Assembly (NCBI GenBank): GCA_027858855.1
Contig: JAQIBV010000038.1
Location: 31,966 to 95,965, forward strand
DNA from: Spirochaetota bacterium
Lineage (GTDB): Bacteria > Spirochaetota > UBA4802 > JAFGJZ01
Length of the DNA: 64,000 nt
Reading direction: 5' to 3'
The notes under the pieces were generated by a model, which was given only the letters and a program-made list of their open reading frames with translations, had not been told where the DNA came from and did not search any database. The position numbers were made by a program, and so were the translations under genes. This document shows positions 29,396 to 39,484 of the stretch, piece after piece (the first letter of the stretch is position 1; every line of letters begins with the position of its first letter).

Positions 29396-29587
29396 TTATT
29401 CTAAAATAGAATTGGTTACAGTAATCTGTGTCTCTTCGTATATGGAGATCCCTTCATGATGGGGATACCCGCTGCCTCCGTTATTGTCGCATATCGTTGA
29501 CTGGTCAATAATTATATCGCCAGTTTCATCATTTGGAACAAAAAATATGGCTGCACCATACAGATCAGCTTTCGTGAAGTTGCTCCT
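29396..29587 (-). pseudogene. Start-less C-terminal fragment resembling a beta-helix repeat protein
   Basis: Manual translation ..LYGAAIFFVPNDETGDIIIDQSTICDNNGGSGYPHHEGISIYEETQITVTNSILE*; no in-frame start in the codons immediately upstream. Confidence 0.4.
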
Positions 29588-29830
29588 CTGATTTATTTGA
29601 GCAATGCAATAAATACAAGGATGTTGAATTGAAAATAATGTTTAGGTCTTTACTGCGAAAACTTTAACAGGCTCGGCACGGTCTCGAGAATTTTGTAGAG
29701 TAAAGTAACATTCATTCGAAATTCTGGAACAAGGCCGGAGTGACACTGTGCAGAATTTTGAATTATTGCATAGTATTCGTGTCAATAGTGTAATCTGGCG
29801 TAATGACTTATGCTATTTGCACCCTGTATC

Positions 29831-30502
29831 TTAAAGAAATTTAGCATAATCGCAGACCAGAAGATATTTTGGATCTTTATCCTCTATGATATCTGGAAAG
29901 CGACCGACTTTTTCGTAAAAGACATTGTCGGTATTGTCATCATTAATAGTCGAGACCTCTCCGACCAGAACGTCGCCGCCATCGCCCCAGAATCTGTGGT
30001 ATTGACCCTGCGGAAGTGTTATGCTCTCGCCCGGAGCAAGTTTTACAATATGTCCCGCCTTTTGATTGTACTGTCGGCCGTCACTGTTTACAGTTATATC
30101 GGTACTGGCAAGCCTGTCATCCGGTGTATGGTTATACAGTTCAATCGCGAGTACAGCTCCGCTCCGGTTGATAATATCCTCAACCTTGCTGTTATGATAA
30201 TGCATGGGAGCAATCTGGTTTTGACGTATAATCATTATTTTTTCGGCATAGGGCTTGGAAGAGGGGTCTGTGGGGATACCGTTTCGAAGGGTAAAAAGAA
30301 CAAGTCCGCATTCGTTAAAACGTCCCAGCCCATAGTCTGTAATATCCCAACCCATCTTTACTGCGGTGATCTCTTTGCACGAATCCCTGTTTGCCAGCCA
30401 GTCATCAACTGTCCAAAATGCATAAGGCGGCAGGATAAAACCACATTTTTTCATAAACCCGGCAGCTTCGTCTATAATTGTGTTAATTTCTGAACGTTTC
30501 AT
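29831..30502 (-). CDS. D-lyxose/D-mannose isomerase family (cupin)
   Basis: MKRSEIN; GWDITDYGLG; GLVLFTLRNG; YAEK; PMHYH..KVEDIINR; PGESITL; GEVSTINDDNTDN. Confidence 0.9.
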   Translation of the reverse strand: MKRSEINTIIDEAAGFMKKCGFILPPYAFWTVDDWLANRDSCKEITAVKMGWDITDYGLGRFNECGLVLFTLRNGIPTDPSSKPYAEKIMIIRQNQIAPMHYHNSKVEDIINRSGAVLAIELYNHTPDDRLASTDITVNSDGRQYNQKAGHIVKLAPGESITLPQGQYHRFWGDGGDVLVGEVSTINDDNTDNVFYEKVGRFPDIIEDKDPKYLLVCDYAKFL

Positions 30503-30738
30503 TGCCAGTCCCTCGCTCGGTTGTATTTAGAAGCATCAGTTTATATGTTACCATGTGGCAGTTGGTAAGTAAATCAGTTTTTTAAGGATGGGGTAACAGA
30601 ACATACCCCAAGGGTTAAACAATCCGTAATGATAAATCATTTTATCGGATATCAGAATATATTATTATTGTACTGGTAGCAGATTTCGAGTACAACTAGG
30701 ATTGTTAGCCACATATTGATGGTGGATTCCAGGCAGAA

Positions 30739-30770
30739 TCTGAAATCCGTGTTGACGGCCGGATTTCAGA
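30739..30770 (-). terminator. Hairpin terminator after the beta-helix surface protein gene
   Basis: TCTGAAATCCG-N10-CGGATTTCAGA, 10 bp past the stop at 30781. Confidence 0.6.
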
Positions 30771-30780
30771 ACTGAACAGA

Positions 30781-32963
30781 TCAGTATTCGTACGGGCCAA
30801 CAGCGTAGTCTCCATCAGAACCGGGGCGTGGGTTGCCGTCAATGTCAGTAGTAACACCACTAATTGAAGCGCCGCCCGATTTAAGAGGGTCGTTTATAGA
30901 ATCCGAAGTAAGTCGCCAGTCTGCGTCAAAATCCGGAGCAGCGCCTGTGAAGTTATCGCCGCACCCTGAAAGATTATTCAAATCAGCGATGTTGCTGAGG
31001 GTTACGTTTGTTGGGGAACCTGTTTGGTAAAAAGCACCGGGGGAAACATACAGGTAGTTATTCTGTATATGTCTATCGTCTGGGCTGTCTGAATAAATAC
31101 AAGCGTAAGTTGAGCTTTCTGTTACTATTATATTGTTAAAAATATTGACCGAATTCGGGTTTGAGTAATTGTCCTGTATAGCGTAGCTGCCGTTGCTGCC
31201 CAGTTTATAAACAAGATTATTATATATATCAACTTCACTTCCGGCTTCGCCAAGAATATTTAAACACATTGAAGTTCCGCTTCCCAAATGAGCTTCAGAA
31301 GTAATAATATTATTTATGCATTCAAAATTGTTAAAAGAGCTACTTTCCAGGGCGGTCGCTGTGGTTTGTGCCTCGGCTGCGATGCGGTTGCCGTAAACTG
31401 TTACCGGCATATCTGTGCCAAGATAATAGTTTAAATAAATCGCTCTTCCTTTATAAGGCTGGCCGATTGAGTCCGGGTCGTGAGCGGTTATCATCTCATT
31501 ATTTTGGATTATTATCTCCGAACCTGTTGTTGATGCTGGCATACCAAATGTTGTAAAATTTATACCATATTTATTTCCATTGCTAGCAGGGGAGTTGGCT
31601 CCTCCGCTTATCAGTCCGTTATTTTCAATTATTAGTTTAAAATTAGTAAAAATATTGTTTTTATTCGGATAGATAAAGATTCCGTAATCATTAGAACCAT
31701 TGTTCTGTGATGGCCCGCAAATACGCTCGTTATTGCTAATATCAATGGTAGTGTTTGTTATATTGTTTAATGGAATAACGGGTGGATTTGGATTGTTAGA
31801 ACTAATTTCAATGCCGGCGTTGTTAGAGCCAGAGCCAGCGTTTCCAGCTTCTATGCTGTTTCGTCTTATTATAAAATTAAATCCGTCTAAATTCAGAGAG
31901 TCGTTATGTAGTCTTATACCCCAGACTGAATTATTACTGTTGCCGCTTTTAATAAACGAGTATGTGATTGAAACAGTGCCCTTTTGTGTTCCATTGTTCA
32001 GCAATATTGCATATGAGTATTGGAATAATCATCAGGATTGCTGATATTACAGTTTCTGATATTTATTACGCCTGATGTAGTTGTCTGCGAATCAATAAGA
32101 ACCGTCGATGCTGTAGACGAGGCGTTAGGGGTATTAATATTGAGCGAGATTAGCGACATTTCCGAAGATAGTGGTGATTCTGTAATATGCACTGTACTGT
32201 TATCAGTGGCCGTAGTGCTGTTTTGTAAAACAGGCCTTCCGTCTGTCTCATCCTCTGGCACCATTACCCACCAGGATCCATTGTATCTGAAGTTACCTAT
32301 AAGATTTAGTGGTTTACCTATTGTAAATAATCCGTCATAAACACCGCTGTTGATAACAACAGTTCCGTCTTCATCTGCTTTGCTGATCGCAGTCGAAAGG
32401 TCTCTGTAGGGATCACTATATGTACCGCTGCCCGCACCTGCGACATCGGCCGAGACATAGACCGGCTCATTGAGAGCGCGAGTGCTAACAGTAAACTCAA
32501 ATTCAGGTGTTACCGGATCATTGCTCTCAATTCGTAGCAGGGAGTCATAGTTGCTGGGTTCGGAAGGGGTAACCCTGACACCAAACTGATGTTCGCCTCC
32601 AGGTTCTACAGTAAGTGGAAGCGTCTCGAGACATTCGAAAGAGTCGGAGTCGGCCTCGATTCCGGTTATGATGAGGGGATCGCTTCCGTTATTTTCTATC
32701 TGAAAAATCAGGTCATTTGATTCACCGGCTTTTACCGGAGTAACTGGCAGTATGCTGTTATTAGTGATGATTTCGGCCAGATAAACTGCTCTGACTTGAA
32801 TAGTGGTATCATCAACTATTCCGGGATCTTCGGTTTCGCCAGGAGTTCCAGTTTTAGGTATGGTTTTGTCCTGGTTGGCAATCTCATAAAGGTTGGAACT
32901 GCAGCCTGTGATCAGTAAAAATCCGATAAAAAATGGTATTAAAACGATTTTATTCATGACCAT
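30781..32963 (-). pseudogene. Surface lipoprotein (Ig-like domain, right-handed beta-helix, choice-of-anchor-Q-like tail) split by a frameshift near 32005-32030
   Basis: ORFs 31998-32963 and 30781-32004 join by a -1 shift (..NPDDYS/..YSYAILLNNG..); lipobox ITGC; IESNDP; GSGTYSDPY; DIDGNPRP..AVGPYEY. Confidence 0.7.
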
Positions 32964-33140
32964 ACTCCGAGGGTTTTATCGATACAATATCGTATTCGTT
33001 AAAGACTACAGATTTAAACTGTTATTACAAGTAAAATTACTGATATCTGTCAGATTTACGATAATTTTTTTGGGCTTTTTCCCCTTTTTGGGAGATGTGC
33101 CAGGAGCCAGTCGGTACGACAGAGTCGGGTTACGGGTCTC

Positions 33141-34034
33141 TTAATCAAAATAGTAGTTCACCGTTATACTCTGCAGCTTATTGTCTTCAAATGAGAACTT
33201 TAACGCTGGTGGATACTCAGAAGTTGGCTCGTATGCTATAAAATCATCAGCGGCGCGCCCCGGTTTGCCAAACAGTTCTTTGATTTTTTGCCTGGATACA
33301 CCAAGGGTGATGCCATGTTGTAACGGTATCGCATCAGAGGTGATAGTAAATCCGAGCGGCAACTGTCGCTCTTTGGTTACATACATAATGCACTTAAAAT
33401 GTTCGAAAAAGAGGGTTACAAGGTCGTCATACTGTTCATTGTCATGTCTGTTCTGCACTTTCTCGGTGTCAACTTTCTGAACAGGGCCGAATTTCTTCTC
33501 GATTACTGATGTCGGTTTCCCATCTTTGATGACATCATTTTCCGAAAATGCATTAAAATTAGGTCGGTTTTTAAAAGGCTTTTCTGCCAGAAGCATGAGC
33601 GCATGGTCAATTTCTGTTGTCTTCATAAGGCTTGTGTAGCCACCAAAAACCCAGCCCTCCCATTTTTCACCCTGTATAAAGAGCCACTGGTCGGTAATTT
33701 TCCGTCCAAGTTCGGAATCATTGACAGATTCGGTCTCTTTAGTCTGTCGGTAAACCGATATCTTTGTTCCAAAAGGTATAACTGTAATTTTCTCAGCACT
33801 GGCATTCGGTGCTTTGCGTAAAGAAAGACCACTTGGCGCAGAAATAAATCTGATAACAGGAGAATCGAAATAAACAATACCTTCCATCTGATTACTTGCT
33901 TTCTGTGATTGAGGTTCTTCCTCTTCCGCTTGTTCCAGGCTTTGTTGTTCATCTGTTTCAGATGTTCTATTCTGGTTGCATCCACTAATAACAATAAAGA
34001 ATATAAGAAAAAGTATATAGTATTTTTTTAACAT
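33141..34034 (-). CDS. SH3b-domain lipoprotein
   Basis: Lipobox ISGC; APSGLSLRKAP..KITVIPFGTKI; WEGWVFGGY. Confidence 0.8.
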   Translation of the reverse strand: MLKKYYILFLIFFIVISGCNQNRTSETDEQQSLEQAEEEEPQSQKASNQMEGIVYFDSPVIRFISAPSGLSLRKAPNASAEKITVIPFGTKISVYRQTKETESVNDSELGRKITDQWLFIQGEKWEGWVFGGYTSLMKTTEIDHALMLLAEKPFKNRPNFNAFSENDVIKDGKPTSVIEKKFGPVQKVDTEKVQNRHDNEQYDDLVTLFFEHFKCIMYVTKERQLPLGFTITSDAIPLQHGITLGVSRQKIKELFGKPGRAADDFIAYEPTSEYPPALKFSFEDNKLQSITVNYYFD

Positions 34035-34301
34035 AGCCCGCCTCCTTTTATAGTGAACTTCTACAACTGTTTATTCGAAGCTCGCTGTCGTTTGTCTGGT
34101 TTTTAACATGTATACCTAATAGGCATTGTAAGTAGTATATTTCTGATGACTACAGAGTATAATACTTGCTGTGCGGACAACCGGACGAAGGTTGTACTGT
34201 TCGCTGCGCTCATGATGGGTTGCACCACGCTTTGTCTGGCTTGCGCTCGGCAAAAAAAACCTATACATGCGGAACGATGGCTGCCGTGGTTTGTAAATAT
34301 T

Positions 34302-35081
34302 TTACAGCTGGGTTGTTAAACCTACCGTGATGTAGTTAAGCAGAGCAAAGGTGTAAACATCGCCGCCACCATCAGAGCCACCTTCGAGAACGCGGTAGCC
34401 AAGCCTTAAGCTTGTCTTCTCGTTTTGATGATACTGAAGTGCAAGCAGCGCATCCTCGGCTCTTCCGTAGGGTGTAACAAGTGCATCCATATCAAGAAGA
34501 ACACTGAATTTATCTGCAAACTTCCACTGCGCCATAAGGTGAATAAGTGGAACAAAACCGATATTGCTTCTACCTGCAGAACCGTCTTCGCCTATCAGTC
34601 TGATTTCGGCATCACGCATCTTGCCGGTAATGCCCGCGGCCAGTAAAAAATTGCCTTTGTCTATCAGGTTATACCTGTAGGTAATCCTGTACGAATTAAA
34701 CCTGTAGATAGACTGCACCTTTGTGCCGGCCTCAAATGTCTCTCCACGATAGGTGATCTGTTTATCAATAGTTCCTTCGCCATAAACAGTCAGCGGAGCT
34801 GCCAGAAACATGAGTGTATGTCTGTTAAAAGTGTACCCCAGGCGCATTCGTGGTGCAAAGGCCGTATCCGATTCAATATCATCTTTTAGCGAAAAGCGGG
34901 TCCCGTCATCCGAAGGCACCTGCACATCATTGTATCCAGTAAAGACCATACCATACTCTGCATCGATAAAGGCCTGTGCGAAGGCATTATGGCTAAACAG
35001 AAGCAGTATTGCACAAAACAGACCGAGCGTTAAAGATTTTTTTCCAGTAATGGTTACTCCATGACTTAAAACTGTTTTCAT
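34302..35081 (-). CDS. Outer membrane beta-barrel hypothetical protein
   Basis: Signal peptide (AFAQ); amphipathic strands (RLGYTFN, RITYRYN, RLGYRVLEGG). Confidence 0.7.
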   Translation of the reverse strand: MKTVLSHGVTITGKKSLTLGLFCAILLLFSHNAFAQAFIDAEYGMVFTGYNDVQVPSDDGTRFSLKDDIESDTAFAPRMRLGYTFNRHTLMFLAAPLTVYGEGTIDKQITYRGETFEAGTKVQSIYRFNSYRITYRYNLIDKGNFLLAAGITGKMRDAEIRLIGEDGSAGRSNIGFVPLIHLMAQWKFADKFSVLLDMDALVTPYGRAEDALLALQYHQNEKTSLRLGYRVLEGGSDGGGDVYTFALLNYITVGLTTQL

Positions 35082-35203
35082 ATTTGATCTCCGTATTAAT
35101 TCTCATACGCATATAGTGTTTAAATACATCAAAAAACTAATTTATTCAATAAAATTATTTAGAGGTAAAAACAGGAATTGTTTCTTAAAAAAACAAATAA
35201 ATG

Positions 35204-35405
35204 TTGACGAAAGAAACATAAGTAACTAACTTTGGTTTTGTTATCAAAAACAAAGCCGTCCAGCCGGTTTGTCAATAATTCAAAATATTTGCGCTTAAAA
35301 AGCCAAAATGTTTTCGCTGTCCTTAAAGCGAAATTTTTTGGCGTTTTTTCGAGTCTACGAGAAAAATTCTCAATAACAAAGCGAAAATACTCAGTAAACC
35401 GGCTG
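35204..35405 (+). promoter_or_regulatory. Sigma70-like promoter followed by a nested inverted-repeat leader
   Basis: TTGACG(35204)-17 bp-TAACTT; CAGCCGGTTT(35261)/AAACCGGCTG(35396) encloses further stems. Confidence 0.4.
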
Positions 35406-35438
35406 AACAGTGTTTATAAAATGAGAGGGAGTTAACAG

Positions 35439-35615
35439 ATGAAGAAATTTGCAGAAGCGATTAATGATGAGTTATTAAAAAGGAATATTATTCTTGTGAA
35501 AAGACCGGGACATGAAGTTTTTCGCATTGACCCGGCGTTAACAATTGAAAAGAAGCAGGTTGAATTTTTTCTGAATTGCATGGAAGAGATAATCTCGGAA
35601 ATGGAAAACATCTAA
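35439..35615 (+). pseudogene. 58-aa ORF equal to the C-terminal end of a class III aminotransferase
   Basis: MKKFAEAINDELLKRNIILVKRPGHEVFRIDPALTIEKKQVEFFLNCMEEIISEMENI*; VFRIDPALTI resembles the class III C-terminal motif; RBS GAGGGAG. Confidence 0.55.
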
Positions 35616-35726
35616 TAATTAGTACAGCAAATATTCCTGAAAAAGTAAAGTTCTATGTTGGTGCTGATAAAAGAGCGCTACAAAAAGAAGAATTAGTAAT
35701 TGATAAACCTGTCATAATGAAATATA

Positions 35727-36923
35727 TTAAGTCTGGCGTTGCTGGTATACATTATCATGCCAGTCGGTGACAAGCTCGATAAGAAATGGAGGGCGTCCCA
35801 GCTTTTTTTTCAGCAGGGTTGCATGATCTTCGAAGAGTTCCCGGTATATCTTTCTCCAGCATTTTTTACTGCTGTTTGTCGGAAGATCAAACTCGGGGTA
35901 GAAGGTTTGAATATTGCTGTTAATCAGAAAACGTTTTCGCTCATCATTGGCTGTTCGCCTGATTGAATGTATCCATTCGCCAACAATCTGAAAGGGAACC
36001 AGCAGAAAGTGTTTCTTGCGGTAGTGTTTGATGAATATGCCGTAAACATCCTCTAGCGTAAACTGATCCGGGTCATCATATCTGTTCCAGATACGGATCA
36101 GTTCGAGAGCCACATCGGTATCACCCCATCGGGGAAAAAGATAGTGAAGTGAACGTCTTTTCACAAAATCAAGTATGTATTGATAGGTTGTGTTGTACCA
36201 GAACCTGTCCAGAAGATCCTGCTGTTCTAAATCTTCGGGAAGCTCTGTGTCTTCGGGTATGAATCGTTTAAAATCCTCTTTTACCCAGATAAAGTTTCGG
36301 TGTCGCTTAACCCATGAGGGGCTCCATTTGCGAACTTCGTTTTCAAGAGTTTCCCAGGTTCTGTTTCTGCGTATATCAAAATTGGCTTGGTGCACATAGT
36401 CCAGAAACTTTGTTTTTTCGTTAAAAGTGACCAGTTTTTTAAAAAAGTTCAGGTCGCTGCGAGAAAAACAGCAGTTTAAACTGTAGGGAATTGTAAGCCG
36501 TGTTATACGTGCTCGTATGAACTCTCTGCCCAAACTAAGACCGGCCGAAACACGGTGGTGTCCGTCTCTGATAAAATAGATTCCGCCATAATCAAATACA
36601 TTTATCGGCTCCTCTAGACCCCCTTCACTCATTCGGCTCCAAACATTTATCCAGCGTTCCTGCATCCAGGAGTGAATAGGGTGAAACCCTTCGGCAAAGT
36701 CCTTTTTCCGGTTTTCGCTTCCGGTTATTCTGTTTAACGGGATATCTGATTCACCTGCATAGGCTTCGCCTGACGGAGCGGCTATTGTTGTAAGCTCGTG
36801 CAATGTTAGGAGTGATCGGTCTCCTATAAAGGGACGCGCATACCATGCCAAAAGCCTTTTACCTTTTTTAAGTGATTCCTGAAAAGCCGTTGTACCCATT
36901 GCACGTAGGTTTACAATATTCAT
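35727..36923 (-). CDS. ParB-N-like / DUF4032-type protein
   Basis: IPLNRITGSENR..DF..GFHP; RW; PINVFDYGGIYFIRDGHHRVSA. Confidence 0.65.
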   Translation of the reverse strand: MNIVNLRAMGTTAFQESLKKGKRLLAWYARPFIGDRSLLTLHELTTIAAPSGEAYAGESDIPLNRITGSENRKKDFAEGFHPIHSWMQERWINVWSRMSEGGLEEPINVFDYGGIYFIRDGHHRVSAGLSLGREFIRARITRLTIPYSLNCCFSRSDLNFFKKLVTFNEKTKFLDYVHQANFDIRRNRTWETLENEVRKWSPSWVKRHRNFIWVKEDFKRFIPEDTELPEDLEQQDLLDRFWYNTTYQYILDFVKRRSLHYLFPRWGDTDVALELIRIWNRYDDPDQFTLEDVYGIFIKHYRKKHFLLVPFQIVGEWIHSIRRTANDERKRFLINSNIQTFYPEFDLPTNSSKKCWRKIYRELFEDHATLLKKKLGRPPFLIELVTDWHDNVYQQRQT

Positions 36924-37338
36924 ATGAGGACTTCCCAATAATATGAAATCTGGAGAATGGTATTAGGGTAACTGTAGTTTGCAGAACAGTGAATACCTGG
37001 ACTACTGCAAGAATTAGGATTTCTTAATTCGTAATTTTCAAGGTTTTTCATACTGTTAATTAATTCAGAAAGTGTATAAATGTCAACAGTTTGTGAGGAA
37101 ATTATTTTCCGGAAGCGGTATTGAGTCTTGACAAGTTGAACCTGGAACAATTGGTCTTGACTTTTTATCATGATCGATATTCGTAAAAGGTTGCAGAATT
37201 GGTTTGTGTGTATTTACTATGTCTGTTCCGGTTTATCTAGAATGCGCATAAAAACCCGGTACAGGCTAGTTTGTGAACTTTTGATTCCGAAGCTGTTCTC
37301 TTCCGGTTTTAAATCAAAAATCTTATGAGAGGTTAATC

Positions 37339-38121
37339 ATGGAGATTTCATTCAAATGGGTTGGCGGTGCAACATGGATATTGCAGATTGATAATATTAA
37401 AATTGCATGTGATCCGGTTTTGTGCCCTGAAGGCCATATTCAGGATTATAGATATTTTAAAACAAAAAGATTGAATAATCCGATTTATACCGAATCTGAT
37501 TTTGAAAAAATTAATTTGTGGTTATTAACTCATAATCATGAAGATCACATCGATCAATATGGGTTAAAGGTTATTCGAAAGAACTCAACAATAATCTCTC
37601 ATAAAGGTTTAAAGCCATTGCTAAAAAATAGAATATATGATGATTTAAGATTTGTTGACTGGAATGAGGAAACAGAAGTAATGATTGACGACGTCTGTAT
37701 TAAAATTAAAGCTATACCAGCAATACATGCAAAAAAAATATTTTTCAGCAGTGTTGTCGGAAATGGTAATGGTTACCTTTTACAAATTATTAAAGATGAT
37801 TCTGAATATACTATATATGTTACAGGCGACTGTGTTTACAATAGAAGAATAAATAAATTTATTCCTTTTTCAGGTATCAATTTAATAATTGCAAATGCCG
37901 GATCAGCGATGGTTGGAAAATCTGTGTTTTCAAAAATTATTGGAAGAATTACCAATAATGCCAATGATATTGCCATTATGAATTCGGAACTAAATCCCAA
38001 AATAATAATTCCAGTTCATTGGGGAACTTTTACGCATTATTCCGAAACTATAGCTTCCGGGTCATTTGAAAAAAATGAAAACATTAGAACCATTGATGTG
38101 GGCGAAAAGATGGTTTTATGA
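37339..38121 (+). CDS. MBL-fold metallo-hydrolase
   Basis: WVGGAT; DPVL; LLTHNHEDHID; IPAIHA; YVTGD; IPVHWGTF. Confidence 0.85.
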   Translation: MEISFKWVGGATWILQIDNIKIACDPVLCPEGHIQDYRYFKTKRLNNPIYTESDFEKINLWLLTHNHEDHIDQYGLKVIRKNSTIISHKGLKPLLKNRIYDDLRFVDWNEETEVMIDDVCIKIKAIPAIHAKKIFFSSVVGNGNGYLLQIIKDDSEYTIYVTGDCVYNRRINKFIPFSGINLIIANAGSAMVGKSVFSKIIGRITNNANDIAIMNSELNPKIIIPVHWGTFTHYSETIASGSFEKNENIRTIDVGEKMVL

Positions 38122-38388
38122 TGATTGTACATTGGAATTACCCCCCCAGGTTATTTTGACGTCTGGAAGAATGAGTTAACTATTACTGAAGAGTATAAGA
38201 AATATATTGATTCTTTACTCCCTGATTTTTGTATCCTTTCGGAGCTTTAAAAAAATGAGTCTTTACAGAACCACTTGATCTGAATTTCTTTTGGATTTTC
38301 TTATGTTGATGCAGATCTTATGCCTGCAGGCAGTGCTTTCAGAAGACAAAAGCGTCTTCTTTGTATTAAGCAGGCTTCGGCTGTATTG

Positions 38389-39468
38389 TTAAAACTCCCC
38401 GCCGACTATAAGAGCCGCGGTATAACCGTTTGTTGGATATATTGCAATTGGCATAGCAATATGAACCGGACCAAAACTGAGACCAAAACCAAAAATGGCC
38501 TTAAAGCGTGCAACCGGTGCTGATCCTTCGGTTTTTGAATCAGTAAGTTCCATAGTTGCCGGATTATCCGTTTCAATTAAGTTGTCGTTTGAGTCATAAG
38601 CATTAACGGTAGTGTCTGTTTTTACATCGATTTTAGTTGAACCAAAACATAGATCCAGGCCGGTTCCAGCCATAATGTTAAAGTGGTTAAAAACTTTTGC
38701 TGAGCTAGTAATATCAAGTGGAATTGTGTAATTCGAACTCTGAATGGTTAATTCGACTTCACTTGTAGAACGAGTCAAATAGCCGTTAGATTCGTCGGAT
38801 TCTTTATCTATGTCATCAGGTGTAAAGAAGATGTTGTTACGGGTATAATAGAGTCCGGTTCCTATCGACAGAGAGCGTAGTTGAAAGTTTTCGTTTGTCA
38901 GCGTGAAATTATAAAATTTATATCTGGTGCCAACCCCAAGAATAAACGAGTCGTAGTTGAGTTCCCGCCCTGATAAGTTGTCCATGGCAAAACCGCCACA
39001 CTTTATATCAAATATCCAGTTCTGCAGTTGCGAAATGGGAAGGGCGCTTCCGCTTATGCTGACTGTGGCTACAATGCTGCCAGGTGACACGCTCGTTGAT
39101 CTATCTTTACCATCCTCAATATTGCTTGCAAAGTTAGAAAGGTCAAAAGGATTCTCTGTTGCAATGGCAGTACTTATACTTCCGCTTGCTGTAGGTGCAT
39201 CATTTGCGGTTATCAGGTTTCCTTGAAGAATCAGGCTCGAATTTGCTTTGCTGGTAGATTGTGCCAGGTTTTCCTGGTTTCCAGAAAGTTTGATAATCGC
39301 TTCATTATTTATATCATCGGCTAATTCATGCACCTGTCGATTAATTGTGGTGGTTGAAAAAGGGGTGTAGGTTCCTTCGGTAACCACCATCGTGCCGGCA
39401 GACAGGGGGGCAATAATAAGTAAAACTGAGATTACAGTAATATAATACGTTCTTATTTTCATTTTCAT
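38389..39468 (-). CDS. Secreted/outer-membrane hypothetical protein (resembles the leptospiral Lsa36-type surface protein architecture)
   Basis: Signal peptide, helical N-part, then beta strands (LGVGTRY, LSIGTGLYY, TIPLDITSS, GTGLDLCFG), C-terminal F. Confidence 0.55.
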   Translation of the reverse strand: MKMKIRTYYITVISVLLIIAPLSAGTMVVTEGTYTPFSTTTINRQVHELADDINNEAIIKLSGNQENLAQSTSKANSSLILQGNLITANDAPTASGSISTAIATENPFDLSNFASNIEDGKDRSTSVSPGSIVATVSISGSALPISQLQNWIFDIKCGGFAMDNLSGRELNYDSFILGVGTRYKFYNFTLTNENFQLRSLSIGTGLYYTRNNIFFTPDDIDKESDESNGYLTRSTSEVELTIQSSNYTIPLDITSSAKVFNHFNIMAGTGLDLCFGSTKIDVKTDTTVNAYDSNDNLIETDNPATMELTDSKTEGSAPVARFKAIFGFGLSFGPVHIAMPIAIYPTNGYTAALIVGGEF

Positions 39469-39484
39469 AACTCTTTTTTGGGCT

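Noticed and set aside
29810-30493. 227-aa ORF on the + strand
   Set aside because: Antisense shadow of the D-lyxose isomerase, with no motifs.
34171-34285. Degenerate integron attC-like site (GCGGACAAC...CGCTGCGCTC...GGAACGATGGCTGC)
   Set aside because: The GTTRRRY core is missing, arm complementarity is poor, and there is no integrase or second site; at most a relic.
36920-37171. 83-aa ORF upstream of the ParB-like gene
   Set aside because: No motifs; lies in a divergent promoter region and is probably spurious.
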